Notes under the pieces: generated by a model
Seen by the model: the letters and a program-made list of their open reading frames with translations, nothing else
Databases searched by the model: none
Told to the model about the DNA's origin: nothing
Program-made: the position numbers and the translations under genes
DNA from: Thermoanaerobaculia bacterium
GTDB lineage: Bacteria > Acidobacteriota > Thermoanaerobaculia > Multivoradales > UBA5704
DNA: 64,000 nucleotides
Assembly (NCBI GenBank): GCA_035490435.1
Contig: DATHEF010000004.1
Span: 216,044-280,043 of the forward strand
Direction of reading: 5' to 3'
Shown: positions 22,335 through 32,770 of the stretch, piece by piece
Layout: every line of letters begins with the position of its first letter
How positions within the stretch are numbered: position 1 is the first letter of the stretch

Positions 22335-23017
22335 TCCCTCCGCTCCACCAGCCGGCAGTCCTCGATGCGGAACACCCGGTCCGCGAGCCCCACCACCTCG
22401 GGGCTGTGGGTGACCATCACCATGGTCTTGCCGGCTTGCCGGGTGAGGCGGTCGAGGAGGTCGAGCACCTGGAGGCCGGTTTCGAGGTCGAGATTGCCGG
22501 TCGGCTCGTCGGCCAGCACGAGCAGGGGATCGTGGGCCAGCGCCCGCGCCACCGCCACCCGCTGCTGCTCGCCGCCCGACAGCCGGTCCGGATAGCTGGA
22601 CGCCCGGTCCGCGATTCCCACTTCTTCGAGCAGCGCGAGCGCCGCCCGCCGCTGCTCGGGGCCGATGCGCCCCTTGAGCTCCATCGGCAGGAGCAGGTTC
22701 TCCTCGACGGTGAGGGTGGGGATGAGGTTGAAGAACTGGAAGACGAAGCCGATCCTGTCGCGGCGGAAGAGCGTCCGCTCGCGCTCGGAGAGAGAGGAGA
22801 TGGCGACGCCGTCGATCACCACCTCGCCGGAGCTGGGCTGGTCGATCCCGGAGAGCAGGTTGAGCAGCGTCGACTTCCCCGTGCCGCTGCGCCCGATCAG
22901 GACCGCGAACTCACCGCGCCCGATCGTGAGGTTGGCGTCGCACAGCACCATCCGCCGCCGGCTCCCCTCCAGGTAGTCCTTGGTGAGGTTCCGCAGCTCG
23001 ATGAGGGGGGCGGGCAT
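22331..23017 (-). CDS. ABC transporter ATP-binding protein (MacB/LolD-type)
   Basis: Walker [10 protein letters not shown], signature [15 protein letters not shown], Walker [14 protein letters not shown]. Confidence 0.9.
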   Translation of the reverse strand: MPAPLIELRNLTKDYLEGSRRRMVLCDANLTIGRGEFAVLIGRSGTGKSTLLNLLSGIDQPSSGEVVIDGVAISSLSERERTLFRRDRIGFVFQFFNLIPTLTVEENLLLPMELKGRIGPEQRRAALALLEEVGIADRASSYPDRLSGGEQQRVAVARALAHDPLLVLADEPTGNLDLETGLQVLDLLDRLTRQAGKTMVMVTHSPEVVGLADRVFRIEDCRLVERRE

Positions 23018-23115
23018 GGCCCGGGGATGGTATCAGGCGAAGCGGGGGACCGGCTGGAGACGCCGTTGCTGGCCTGACGATCACGCGGGCTCAGATCTTC
23101 GAATAACGGCTGTCT

Positions 23116-23523
23116 TCAGAACTTCGCGCGGACGGCACTCACGAACTGAAGCAGATCGTCCAGATGATCTTTAATGATCTTCTTGACAATCGCCCCGTTG
23201 AGCCGTTCGTAACCGTGAACGATGATGTTCCGGAAGCCGACCATGTCCCGCAACGAAGCCGTGAGCTCGTGGGAGATCCAGCCATAACGGGCGAGGAGCT
23301 CGAAGAATTCACGGTTGTTGTGAGCCTCGCCCAAGCGATCGTCGGAAACGATATGGGCTGCCACGTCGAGAGCGGATTGGATTGCGATGTGCAGGGTATA
23401 CGCTGCGAAGCGAAGCTCGCGAAGATCGTCGGGAATAGCTTCGAGATGAACCAAGGTGCGCAGCTCTCCAACGCTGGTCTCGATGAGAACAAGTTTCTTA
23501 GCGACCAATTGATAATCCGTCAC
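23116..23523 (-). CDS. hepT: HepT (DUF86) nucleotidyltransferase-substrate-binding toxin
   Basis: Rx4HxY motif FRNIIVHGY; 135 aa; 4-bp overlap with the upstream MntA gene; locally AT-richer than the flanks. Confidence 0.8.
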   Translation of the reverse strand: MTDYQLVAKKLVLIETSVGELRTLVHLEAIPDDLRELRFAAYTLHIAIQSALDVAAHIVSDDRLGEAHNNREFFELLARYGWISHELTASLRDMVGFRNIIVHGYERLNGAIVKKIIKDHLDDLLQFVSAVRAKF

Positions 23524-23930
23524 CTCGGTTTCTCTCCCATTCTCCGGTACATCTTCAAATAGGGCTCCAGGTCCAGGAACTCGAATCGGGTCTTCACCTC
23601 GAAGCGGACACGTTTCGGCCGGTCCCGGTCTACGAGCAGCTTGCCGTCTCGGAGCACTCTGATAGTGAGATCCACCGGAGCGTAGTTGAGGACGACCACC
23701 TGAACGGGAACCCTGAGCAGGCTCTCGATCTCGCCTTCGAGTCGGAACCCCATTCCCTCCAGGGTGAGCGGAGGGTCCTCAAGGTAGAGAATGCCGATGT
23801 CCACATCGCTTTTTGGCCCCGCCGTCCCCCGAGCCACGCTGCCGAAGAGGTAGGCCGCGGCGATGCCTTCCCGCTCGGCGTTCGCGGCGAAGAATTCGCG
23901 GAGCCGTGCCTCGATCGCTTCAGGGTCCAT
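23520..23930 (-). CDS. mntA: MntA-type minimal nucleotidyltransferase antitoxin
   Basis: GSVARGTAGPKSDVDIG (GSx9-13DxD NTase motif). Confidence 0.8.
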   Translation of the reverse strand: MDPEAIEARLREFFAANAEREGIAAAYLFGSVARGTAGPKSDVDIGILYLEDPPLTLEGMGFRLEGEIESLLRVPVQVVVLNYAPVDLTIRVLRDGKLLVDRDRPKRVRFEVKTRFEFLDLEPYLKMYRRMGEKPR

Positions 23931-23950
23931 GACCCTAGTCTATAGGGATC

Positions 23951-25984
23951 TCAGAGGGGATGCCCCTCCACCAGCCTCGCCACCGCCGCGAGCAGCTCCG
24001 AGGCCTCCACAGGCTTGGCGACGTGCACCTGATAGCCCGCCTCCAAGGCGCGCCGGCGGTCCTCGGGGCGCGCGAGGGCGCTGACCGCGGCGGCGGGGAT
24101 GGCGCCCCCCTGGTCCGGCGGCAGGGCGCGCAGCCGGCGGACCAGCTCGTAGCCGTCCTCGCCCGGCATGCCGAGATCGCTCACCAGCACGTCCGGACGG
24201 CGGCGGCGGATCGCCTCCAGGGCCTCGGCCGCCGAGGCTACGGTCTCGACCTCGGCATCGCACTCCGTGAACACCCGTTCGAGGAGCTCGCGGGCGTCGT
24301 CCTGGTCGTCCACCACCAGCACCCGTACCCCCTTCAGCGTCACGCAGGCGTCATCGGCCGCGGCGGCGGAACCGGCGGCCGGCTGGCGGGCGGCAGCCTC
24401 TCCGGTCTGCTCGGGCGCGGTGTGCGGCAGGAGGATGGTAAAGGTCGCGCCCTTCCCCTCGCCGGGGCTCGTGGCGGTCACCGTGCCGCCGTGCAGCTCG
24501 ACGAACTGCTTGACGATCGCGAGCCCCAGCCCCAGGCCGCCGGACCTCCGCGTGATCGAGGCGTCCGCCTGCCGGAAACGGTCGAAGAGGTAGGGCGCGA
24601 ACGCCGGATCGAACCCCTGGCCGGTGTCGCTGACGCGGATCTCGACGCTGGCGGCCGCGCGCGCCAGCTCGACCCGCACCGTGCCTCCCGTAGGGGTGAA
24701 CTTGATCGCGTTCGACAGCAGGTTCCAGACCACTTGCCGCAGGCGGTCCGGATCGCCGGTGATGATGCCGTCCTCGCGGTCGATCGCTTCCACGATGCCG
24801 ATCCCCTTGGTTTCGGCGGCGAGCCGCACGGCTTCCGTGGCGCTTTCGACGACCGCGGCGAGATCGACCGCCTGCACCTCCAGGCGCATCTTGCCGGAGA
24901 TGATGCGGCTCATGTCGAGGAGGTCCGAGATCATCTGCGACTGGACGCGCGCGTTGCGCTCGATGACCTGGAGGCCCTGGTCGACCGCCTTGGGATCGTC
25001 CTTCTTCCTCTGCAGGATCTGCGTCCAGCCGAGAATGGCGTGGAGCGGCGTGCGTAGCTCGTGGGAGAGGGTGGCGACGAAATCGTCCTTGAGCCGGTTC
25101 GCCCGCTCGGCCTCGTTGCGCGCCGCCCGCTCGCTCTCCAGGAGCTGGAGCCGCTCCTCGGCGACCCGCACCCGGTCCGTGATGTCGGTGTTGATCGCCA
25201 CCGCGCCGATGACGCGGCCGTTGAGGAGAACCGGGGCCGAGGCGCCGCGGATGTGGACATCCTCGCCGGTCTCGGCGTTGCGGGCGATCACGTCCTCGAC
25301 CGCGACCTCACCGCGCAGAGCCTTGGCGAAGGAGAGCTCGTCCGGCGGCACGGGCCGTCCGTCGGTGCGGCGTATGTTGAACTTGGCTCCCAGCTCGCCG
25401 ATCCGCTCGCGGAGGTCGGCGAGCGAGGAGGCCCCGAGCTGCCGCAGGGCGTGGGCGTTGCACCGCGTGATCCCTTCAGGGGTGCCGACGTAGACGGCGT
25501 CGGGCATGCTCTCGATCACCGCGTCCAGCTCCGCCGCCCGCCGTTCGGCCACCTCCCAGGCATGGCGCAGCACCTCGGTGGCCTGCGTGCGCTCGTGGAT
25601 GTCGATGTGGAGGCCGGCCCACTCGCGGACGCCGCCGGCGCCGTCCGGAAGCGCCACGGCGCGGGAGACCATGTAGCGGTACTCGCCGTCGTGGCGGCGT
25701 ACCCGATGCTCCACTTCGTATCGAGTCCCCTGGCTGAGGGCCTGGAACCACGCTTCGCTTGTGGCGGCGCGGTCGTCCGGATGGACTGCGTCGAGCCACC
25801 CCCACCCTCGGAGCTCCTCGAAGCTCTGGCCGGTGAAGGCGCTCCAACCTGGCTGCACAGTCTCGAACTCGCCGCTCGCGGAGCGGTTCCAGACCATCGC
25901 CGCGATGGCCTCGACCAGGGTGCGGTAGCGCTCTTCGTTGTGAGGGAGGAGGCGAGGGTCGGCCGTGGAGGACCCGCTGATCAT
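23951..25984 (-). CDS. hybrid sensor histidine kinase (PAS/PAC - HisKA - HATPase_c - REC)
   Basis: H-box LSHELRTPL; N, G1/G2 boxes ([19 protein letters not shown]); C-terminal receiver [14 protein letters not shown]...D. Confidence 0.85.
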   Translation of the reverse strand: MISGSSTADPRLLPHNEERYRTLVEAIAAMVWNRSASGEFETVQPGWSAFTGQSFEELRGWGWLDAVHPDDRAATSEAWFQALSQGTRYEVEHRVRRHDGEYRYMVSRAVALPDGAGGVREWAGLHIDIHERTQATEVLRHAWEVAERRAAELDAVIESMPDAVYVGTPEGITRCNAHALRQLGASSLADLRERIGELGAKFNIRRTDGRPVPPDELSFAKALRGEVAVEDVIARNAETGEDVHIRGASAPVLLNGRVIGAVAINTDITDRVRVAEERLQLLESERAARNEAERANRLKDDFVATLSHELRTPLHAILGWTQILQRKKDDPKAVDQGLQVIERNARVQSQMISDLLDMSRIISGKMRLEVQAVDLAAVVESATEAVRLAAETKGIGIVEAIDREDGIITGDPDRLRQVVWNLLSNAIKFTPTGGTVRVELARAAASVEIRVSDTGQGFDPAFAPYLFDRFRQADASITRRSGGLGLGLAIVKQFVELHGGTVTATSPGEGKGATFTILLPHTAPEQTGEAAARQPAAGSAAAADDACVTLKGVRVLVVDDQDDARELLERVFTECDAEVETVASAAEALEAIRRRRPDVLVSDLGMPGEDGYELVRRLRALPPDQGGAIPAAAVSALARPEDRRRALEAGYQVHVAKPVEASELLAAVARLVEGHPL

Positions 25985-26238
25985 CGTGATGAAACTCCGA
26001 GTCAGGACAAAAAGCGCGAACCCTTCCGTGAGCCGGGTGGGTGCGGTTGGATCGACCCTTCAAACATCCGGTGGCGGGAGGACATTCCTGAAACGACCTC
26101 GGAGTTGTCCCGCAATCTCGCCAACGTGACACTCTGGAGATAACCTGACGCAGTTTTGCAGGGTTCGTCGTATATCGACGTTTATGAATGTTTTGTTTTC
26201 CGCCGTCTCTCCGACGGCGATCCTGGGGGAGAAAACCA

Positions 26239-27663
26239 ATGAGCAGAGCACTGCCCGAGCCGTGGCGCGTCAAAGTTGTCGAAAAAATTCAGCTCCTGCC
26301 GCGCGAAGAGCGTGAGCGCCTCCTGATCGAGGGGGGATTCAGCCTGTTCAAGATCCCTTCCGAGGCGGTGTTCATCGACCTGTTCACCGACTCCGGCACC
26401 TCGGCGATGTCCGACTGGCAGTGGGCCGGCATGATGCAGGGGGACGAGGCCTACGCCGGCGCCCGCAACTTCTTCCATCTCCAGGAGTCGATCCAGGACG
26501 TCTTCGGCTTCCCGGCCTTCCTCCCCGTCCACCAGGGGCGCGTGGCCGAGAACCTCCTGTTCTCGACCCTGCTGACCCGGCCGGGCATGGTGATCCCCAA
26601 CAACAGCCACTTCGACACCACCCGGGCCAACATCGAGGTCAATCACGGCATCGCGCTCGACCTCGTCATCCCCGAGGGGCGGGACGCCCAGGCCCGGCAC
26701 CCCTTCAAGGGGAACATGGACCTCATCCGCCTGCGCAAGCTGTTCGTCGAGGAGCCGGGGAACATCCCGGTCTGCATGCTGACGCTAACCAACAACTCCG
26801 GCGGCGGCCAGCCGGTCTCGCTGACCAACGTCAAGGCCGTCTCCGCGCTCTGCCGCGAGTTCGGCATCCCCTTCTATATCGACGCCTGCCGCTTCGCCGA
26901 GAACGCCTGGTTCATCAAGCAGCGCGAGCCGGGTCAGGCCGACCGCCCGGTCGCCGAGATCGTGCGCGAGATCTTCAGTTACGCCGACGGTTGCACCATG
27001 AGCGCCAAGAAGGACGGCCTCGCCAACATCGGCGGCTTCCTGGCCAGCCGCGACGAGGAGTTGCTGGAGACCCTGAAGCAGCGGCTGATCGTCATCGAGG
27101 GGTTCCCCACCTACGGCGGCCTCGCCGGGCGCGACCTCGAGGCGGTGGCGCGCGGCCTGCGCGAGGTGCTGGACGAGAGCTACCTGCGCTTCCGCGTCGG
27201 GCAGGTGGAGCGCTTCGGCGCCCTGCTGACCGCGGCCGGCATCCCGATCATGCAGCCCACCGGCGGCCACGCCGTCTACATCGACGCCAAGCAGCTCCTG
27301 CCGCACATCCCGGCGCTGGAGTTCCCGGCCCAGGCGCTGTCGGTGGCGCTCTACCGCGAGGGGGGCATCCGCGGCGTCGAGATCGGCAGCGTGATGTTCG
27401 GCAGCGAGCACCCGGAGACCGGCGAGCCGATCCCGGCGCCGATGGAGCTGATCCGCCTCGCCGTGCCCCGCCGCGTCTTCACCAACTCCCATCTGGAGTA
27501 TGTCGCGGGCGTTCTGGAGGACATCCGCGACCAGCGCCACACCCTCCGCGGCCTGCGCATGACCTACGCGCCGAAGGTGCTCCGCCACTTCTCGGCCCGC
27601 TTCGAGGAGATCCCGGCGCGGGTGGAGCAGCCGGTGGCGGTGAGGCAGGCGGTCGCGGTCTGA
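26239..27663 (+). CDS. tryptophanase / tyrosine phenol-lyase family beta-eliminating lyase
   Basis: N-terminus LPEPWRVKVVEKIQLLPREERE...FIDLFTDSGTSAMSD matches the TnaA/Tpl N-terminus; PLP-lysine region ...SAKKDGLANIGG. Start trimmed from 26188 to the Met with the GGGGGAG SD. Confidence 0.8.
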   Translation: MSRALPEPWRVKVVEKIQLLPREERERLLIEGGFSLFKIPSEAVFIDLFTDSGTSAMSDWQWAGMMQGDEAYAGARNFFHLQESIQDVFGFPAFLPVHQGRVAENLLFSTLLTRPGMVIPNNSHFDTTRANIEVNHGIALDLVIPEGRDAQARHPFKGNMDLIRLRKLFVEEPGNIPVCMLTLTNNSGGGQPVSLTNVKAVSALCREFGIPFYIDACRFAENAWFIKQREPGQADRPVAEIVREIFSYADGCTMSAKKDGLANIGGFLASRDEELLETLKQRLIVIEGFPTYGGLAGRDLEAVARGLREVLDESYLRFRVGQVERFGALLTAAGIPIMQPTGGHAVYIDAKQLLPHIPALEFPAQALSVALYREGGIRGVEIGSVMFGSEHPETGEPIPAPMELIRLAVPRRVFTNSHLEYVAGVLEDIRDQRHTLRGLRMTYAPKVLRHFSARFEEIPARVEQPVAVRQAVAV

Positions 27664-27671
27664 AGCGCGGA

Positions 27672-28430
27672 TCACCCGCCGCCGAGCAGGCCGCGAATCA
27701 GGTTGCGCTTGGAGAAATCCCCCAGGCTGGCGTAGGTCAGCAGCGCTTCGCGACCCAGCAGACGGCGGGCGATCTCCTCGACGGGAAGGCCCTGGTCCCG
27801 CAGTTCCCGGGCCTTCCCGGCCAGATCCTCCCACCACTGGATCTTGCGGGCGAGCCGCCCCTGGGCGTCTTCGAGGATGCCCGCGTGATCGCAGATCAGC
27901 AGCTCCGGCTCCAGCGCGAGCACCCGCCGGAGCGATGCGACGTGATCCCAGACGTTCTCGATCCGCCGCAGCAGCTTCACCCGCTCGTGGACGTAGAGAT
28001 CCCCTGAGAACAGCCACCGCCGCCCCTCCTCGAAGAAGGCGACGTGGTGGAAGGCGTGCCCCGGCGTCGGCACCACCCGCAGCCGGTACTCCTCCCCCTC
28101 GACCACCTCTCCTAGCGGCTCGGCGTGGAACGTCCGTGGCTGGCCGCCCCAGACGATCTTGCGGTAGAGCGGCATGCGCAGACCCTCGGCGAAGATCGGC
28201 ACCGCCCCCGCCGGCCCGAGGACCGGCAGGCCCAGCTCTTCCGCGAGCGCCGCCGCGCCGCCGATGTGGTCCTCGTGATGATGGGTGAGCAGCACCCGCC
28301 GCACCGGCCCGCCGCGGGCCCACGCCACCAGCCTGGACGCCGTCGCCGGCGGGCCGGTGTCGATCAGCAGATCCGCGAACGCGTAGGCCGACACCTCGCG
28401 GACCGGCCGGCCGAAGAGCGTCGGGGCCAT
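27672..28430 (-). CDS. MBL-fold metallo-hydrolase
   Basis: HHHEDHIGG (HxHxDH). Start trimmed to MAPTLFGRP to avoid overlap with the divergent gene. Confidence 0.75.
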   Translation of the reverse strand: MAPTLFGRPVREVSAYAFADLLIDTGPPATASRLVAWARGGPVRRVLLTHHHEDHIGGAAALAEELGLPVLGPAGAVPIFAEGLRMPLYRKIVWGGQPRTFHAEPLGEVVEGEEYRLRVVPTPGHAFHHVAFFEEGRRWLFSGDLYVHERVKLLRRIENVWDHVASLRRVLALEPELLICDHAGILEDAQGRLARKIQWWEDLAGKARELRDQGLPVEEIARRLLGREALLTYASLGDFSKRNLIRGLLGGG

Positions 28431-28545
28431 GCGGAGGCGGGTGAGGGAGTCGTGGCGGGTGGGGTGGAACACAGGGGTATTATCCACGCCCGCCGCCGGC
28501 CGGTTTCCAAAAAACGGTATAATCCGCGACCGAAGCCCCGACAAG

Positions 28546-30930
28546 ATGCGTTCCGAGATCCTCGATCCCACGAGCTACGCGTTCAACGCGTACGCGATCC
28601 CGCTGCTTGCGACCATGGTCGCGATGCTGCTCCTCGGCATCTTCGTGCTGTTCCGCGAGCGCGGCTCGCGGGAGGCCGTGCACTTCTCCCTGCTGGCGGG
28701 GAGCATCTCGATCTGGCTGATCTGTTTCTCCTTCATGTACCTCGCCGCCGTCGAGCGCGTCGCCCTGATCTGGGCGCGGTCGGCGTACCTCGGCATCTGC
28801 CTCATCCCCGGCGCGCTCTACGGCTTCGCGGTCGCGGTGACGCATTCCCGGCGCCGCTGGCTGGTGAGGGCCGGGTGGCTGCTCTCCATTGCCTTCGCCC
28901 TGGCGAGTGCCGGGACCGGCGCGCTGGTGCGCGACCTCTACCATTACTGGTGGGGTTTCTATCCGCGCTTCCGCGGGCTCGGCGTGCCCTTCCTCGCCTT
29001 CTTCTTCATCATGCTGGCGTTGAGCTTCCGCGAATATTGGCTCGACTACCGGAGGTCGAGTCCGGGGATCCACAGCCTGCGCACCCGTTCGCTGATGACC
29101 GGGTTCGCGGTCGCCTATCTCGGTTCCTTTGACTACGTCGCGGCCTACGGAGTGCCGCTCTATCCTTTCGGCTATCTGGCGGTCCTCGCCTTCATCGTCA
29201 TCGCCGCCCGTACCATCCGGCGCTACCTCCTGGTCGACCTCACTCCGGCCTTCGCCGCTGAGCAGATCCTGGCGACGGTGGCCGACCCGGTCATCGTCTG
29301 CGATTCTGGGGGCATCATCCGATTCACCAACCATGCGGCGTCGACAGTCTTCGGCTACGAGCCGGGCGAGCTCGCCGGCGCCCCGATCGAGCTTCTGGCG
29401 GAGCCGTGCATGGGCTCCTCCGTACTCCTGCTGGTGTCGGCGGGGGAGGTCGTGCGCGACGCGGAGATGGTCTTCCGCGCCCGGCAAGGGGAGCGGATCG
29501 AGGTCGGGGTTTCCCTCTCCCCCCTCGCCGACGACCGCGGGGTCGGCGTCGGCGCCGTCCTCGTCGTGCGCGACATCCGCGCCCGCAAACGCGCCGAGAG
29601 CCAGATCGCCTATCAGGCCTGTCACGACGCCCTGACCGGCCTGCCCAACCGCATGCTCTTCTACGACCGGCTCACGCAGGGGCTCGCCCGGGCGAAGCGC
29701 CATGGCGACCGCCTCGCCGTGCTGTTCCTGGACCTCGATCAGTTCAAGGTGGTCAACGATTCGCTCGGGCATGCCGCCGGCGACCGCCTGCTGATCGAGA
29801 TCGCCGGCCGTCTCCAGCGGACCCTCCGCCAGGGCGATACCGTCGCCCGCGTCGGCGGGGACGAGTTCACGTTCCTGCTCCCCGGCATCGAGCGCGGCGA
29901 GGACGCCTCGCGGGTGGCGCAGAAGATCCTCGAAGCTGTCTCCCGGCCGCTCGAGATCGACGGCCACCAGCTCTACGTCACCCCCAGCATCGGCATCAGC
30001 CTCTATCCCACCGACGGCGAGGACGCGGAGGCGCTGCTCAGCAGCGCCGATATCGCCATGTACCGGGCCAAGGACCAGGGGCGCAACGGCATCCAGATCT
30101 CCAGCCCGGCGATGAACGCGAGGTCGGTGGCGCGGCTGAGCCTGGAGCGGGATCTGCGGATGGCGATCGAGCGCGGCGAGTTCACCCTGGTCTACCAGCC
30201 ACAGGCCGGGGTGCTCAGCGGGCGGACCGTCGGGGTCGAGGCCCTTCTGCGCTGGAACCATCCGCGGCGCGGGGTGGTGCTGCCGGGCGAGTTCATCGCC
30301 ATCGCCGAGGAGACGCGGCTCATCCTGCCGCTCGGGGAGTGGGTGCTGCGGACCGCCTGCGAGCAGGCGCGGCAGTGGCGAAAGGGCGGCGGCTCCGCGC
30401 TGCGCGTGGCCGTCAACCTCTCGGCGCTGCAGTTTCGCCAGCGCAACCTGGCGCGCACGGTCCAGACGGTGCTGAGCGAGAGCGGGATCCCGCCCGGCTC
30501 CCTCGAGCTCGAGATCACCGAGAGCGCCGCCATGCACGACGCCGGGATGACGATCGGCGTGCTCTCGGAGCTCCGCGAGATGGGGGTCCGCATCGCCCTC
30601 GACGACTTCGGGACCGGGCACGCCTCGCTCTCCTACCTCAAGCGGTTTCCGCTCGACACGCTGAAGATCGACCGCAGCTTCGTCTGGGGCATCGAGAACA
30701 GCCGCCAGGACACCGCCATCATCGCCGCCATCACCGGGCTCGCCCACGGGCTGGGTCTCGCAGTTCTCGCCGAAGGGGTCGAGAGCGAGAGCCAGCTCGG
30801 CCTGCTCGCCGCCTGCGGCTGCGACGAGTACCAGGGCTTCCTCCTCAGCAAGCCGCTCGCCCCGGCGGTCGTCTCCGACTTACTCGGCGGATCGAGGCGG
30901 ACCGCCGTGCTGCCCCTCCCCCCAAGCTAG
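28546..30930 (+). CDS. membrane sensor diguanylate cyclase/phosphodiesterase (7TM - PAS - GGDEF - EAL)
   Basis: Multiple N-terminal TMs; GGDEF (RVGGDEF); EAL domain (EALLRW, DDFGTG). Start trimmed to MRSEILD. Confidence 0.85.
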   Translation: MRSEILDPTSYAFNAYAIPLLATMVAMLLLGIFVLFRERGSREAVHFSLLAGSISIWLICFSFMYLAAVERVALIWARSAYLGICLIPGALYGFAVAVTHSRRRWLVRAGWLLSIAFALASAGTGALVRDLYHYWWGFYPRFRGLGVPFLAFFFIMLALSFREYWLDYRRSSPGIHSLRTRSLMTGFAVAYLGSFDYVAAYGVPLYPFGYLAVLAFIVIAARTIRRYLLVDLTPAFAAEQILATVADPVIVCDSGGIIRFTNHAASTVFGYEPGELAGAPIELLAEPCMGSSVLLLVSAGEVVRDAEMVFRARQGERIEVGVSLSPLADDRGVGVGAVLVVRDIRARKRAESQIAYQACHDALTGLPNRMLFYDRLTQGLARAKRHGDRLAVLFLDLDQFKVVNDSLGHAAGDRLLIEIAGRLQRTLRQGDTVARVGGDEFTFLLPGIERGEDASRVAQKILEAVSRPLEIDGHQLYVTPSIGISLYPTDGEDAEALLSSADIAMYRAKDQGRNGIQISSPAMNARSVARLSLERDLRMAIERGEFTLVYQPQAGVLSGRTVGVEALLRWNHPRRGVVLPGEFIAIAEETRLILPLGEWVLRTACEQARQWRKGGGSALRVAVNLSALQFRQRNLARTVQTVLSESGIPPGSLELEITESAAMHDAGMTIGVLSELREMGVRIALDDFGTGHASLSYLKRFPLDTLKIDRSFVWGIENSRQDTAIIAAITGLAHGLGLAVLAEGVESESQLGLLAACGCDEYQGFLLSKPLAPAVVSDLLGGSRRTAVLPLPPS

Positions 30931-30944
30931 AGATCGGGTCGGAA

Positions 30945-31730
30945 TCAGTCGAACACGAGATGCTGCCGGCCGTCCGGCGTCGCGACGCTGACCGGCTCGA
31001 CGCCGAAGGCCGCGCGGACGTTCGCCGGCGTCATCACCTCCGCGGGGGAGCCGGCCGCGAGCACGGCGCCGTCGTGCATCAGCACGAGCTGGTCGGCGAA
31101 GCGCGCCGCCAGGGCCAGGTCGTGGACGACGCCGACCACGGTGATGTCCGGCGCGGCGCCGAACTCGCGCAGCTTCCGCATCAGATCGATCTGGTGCCCG
31201 ATGTCGAGGAAGGTCAGCGGCTCGTCGAGGAACAGCACCCTGCCGCCGGTCTCGGGTTGGCGCGGCTGCCAGACCTGCGACAGCACACGCGCGAAGTTGA
31301 CCCGCTGCTTCTCGCCGCCGCTGAGCGTCGGATAGCTGCGCCCGGCGAGCTCCTCGACGTCGCAGTAGCGCATGACCTCGGCCACCACCGCCGTGTCGCG
31401 CGCCGCCGGCCGGCCGCTGAAGTGCGGGTAGCGCCCCATCATCACCACCTCGTGGACCCAGAGCGGGAAGGCGATCTCGATCGCCTGTGACAGCACCGCC
31501 CGGCGCTGGGCCAGGGTCTGCTCGCCGGCGCGGGCGACGTCGGCGCCGTCGTAGAGCACCTGGCCGGACGCGGGCTTGAGCAGCCGCGAGAGCACCTTGA
31601 CGAAGGTCGACTTGCCGGCGCCGTTCGGACCGATGATCAGGTGCAGCCGCCCCGGCTCGAAGGCGGCCGAGACGCCGTGGAGGATCTCATGGCCGCCTGC
31701 CGCGTAGACGATGTCGCGCCCTTCGATCAT
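30945..31730 (-). CDS. iron-chelate/heme ABC transporter ATP-binding protein (FecE/HmuV-like)
   Basis: GPNGAGKST Walker A, LSGGEKQRV signature, FLDEPLTFLD Walker B; start MIEGRDIV. Confidence 0.85.
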   Translation of the reverse strand: MIEGRDIVYAAGGHEILHGVSAAFEPGRLHLIIGPNGAGKSTFVKVLSRLLKPASGQVLYDGADVARAGEQTLAQRRAVLSQAIEIAFPLWVHEVVMMGRYPHFSGRPAARDTAVVAEVMRYCDVEELAGRSYPTLSGGEKQRVNFARVLSQVWQPRQPETGGRVLFLDEPLTFLDIGHQIDLMRKLREFGAAPDITVVGVVHDLALAARFADQLVLMHDGAVLAAGSPAEVMTPANVRAAFGVEPVSVATPDGRQHLVFD

Positions 31731-31744
31731 CGGGTCCGTCCGCC

Positions 31745-32770
31745 TCAGAATACGTAACGCCCGCGCCGCAGCAGCGAGAGGAACACCGGCACGCCCACGA
31801 GCGAGGTGACGATGCCGATCGGCAGCTCCGCGGGCCGCAGCGCCACGCGCGCGACGAGGTCGGCCAGGGTGAGCAGCGTGCCGCCGAGCAGGGCGCTCCC
31901 CGGGATCAGGTACCGGTTGTCGGCGCCGCCGATCATGCGCAGGATGTGCGGCACGATCAGCCCGACGAAGCCGATGACGCCGGTGAACGCCGTCGCGATC
32001 GCCACCATCCCGACGTTGATGGCGAGAACCACCCACTTCAGCCGCGCGACGTTCACCCCGAGATAGGTGGCCTCGTCGTCGCCGATCAGCAGCGCGTTGA
32101 GCGGCTTGGCGTAGCGCATCGCCAGCAGCGTGCCGGCCACCGTCGCGAGCCCCACCACCCGCACCATCGGCCAGCTCGCGGCCGAGAGCGTGCCGAGGTT
32201 CCAGAAGGTGATCGAGCGCGCCTGCGGGTCGCGCGCGATGTAGGTGAGGAAGCCGATGCCGCTCAGGAAAAGCGCGTTCACGGCGAGGCCGGTGAGGAGC
32301 AGCGCGGCGACCGACGCCCGGCCCCCCGGTCCCCCCTGCGCGAGACCGAACACCAGCCCGGTGGCGAGGACGCCGCCGGCGCAGGCGGCGATCGGCAGCG
32401 CCCAGGGGCTGGCCTCGAAACCGAGCGCCGACCCGAGTACAAAGAAGAGCGCCGCGCCGAACGCCGCGCCGCTGGAGGTGCCGACCAGCCCGGGCTCGAC
32501 GATCGGATTGCGGAAGAGCGCCTGCATCAGCGTGCCCCCCACACCCAGGGCGGCGCCGACGAACAGGCAGAGCAGCGCGCGGGGGACCCGCAGCTCGGCG
32601 AAGATCCGTTCGTCCAGCGTGGCGCCGGTCCGCCCCGAGAGCAGGGCCGCGGAGGCCGACGCCATCTGCCGCCACGAGAAGTCGAGCGCGCCGAAGCGGA
32701 TCGAAGCCAAGGCCGCGACGACCATCACGGCGAGCAGCACCGCGAGCACCCGGCTCCTCCCGGTACTCAT
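31745..32770 (-). CDS. FecCD-family iron-chelate/heme ABC permease (HmuU/BtuC-like)
   Basis: 341 aa, about 9-10 TM; FecCD signature region. Confidence 0.85.
   Translation of the reverse strand: MSTGRSRVLAVLLAVMVVAALASIRFGALDFSWRQMASASAALLSGRTGATLDERIFAELRVPRALLCLFVGAALGVGGTLMQALFRNPIVEPGLVGTSSGAAFGAALFFVLGSALGFEASPWALPIAACAGGVLATGLVFGLAQGGPGGRASVAALLLTGLAVNALFLSGIGFLTYIARDPQARSITFWNLGTLSAASWPMVRVVGLATVAGTLLAMRYAKPLNALLIGDDEATYLGVNVARLKWVVLAINVGMVAIATAFTGVIGFVGLIVPHILRMIGGADNRYLIPGSALLGGTLLTLADLVARVALRPAELPIGIVTSLVGVPVFLSLLRRGRYVF

Noticed and set aside
26183-26238. Possible tnaC-like leader peptide upstream of the tryptophanase-family gene
   Set aside because: The short ORF overlaps the main gene out of frame and has no Trp codon or conserved TnaC W-x3-D-x2-P features. 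The in-frame ATG at 26188 has no Shine-Dalgarno.
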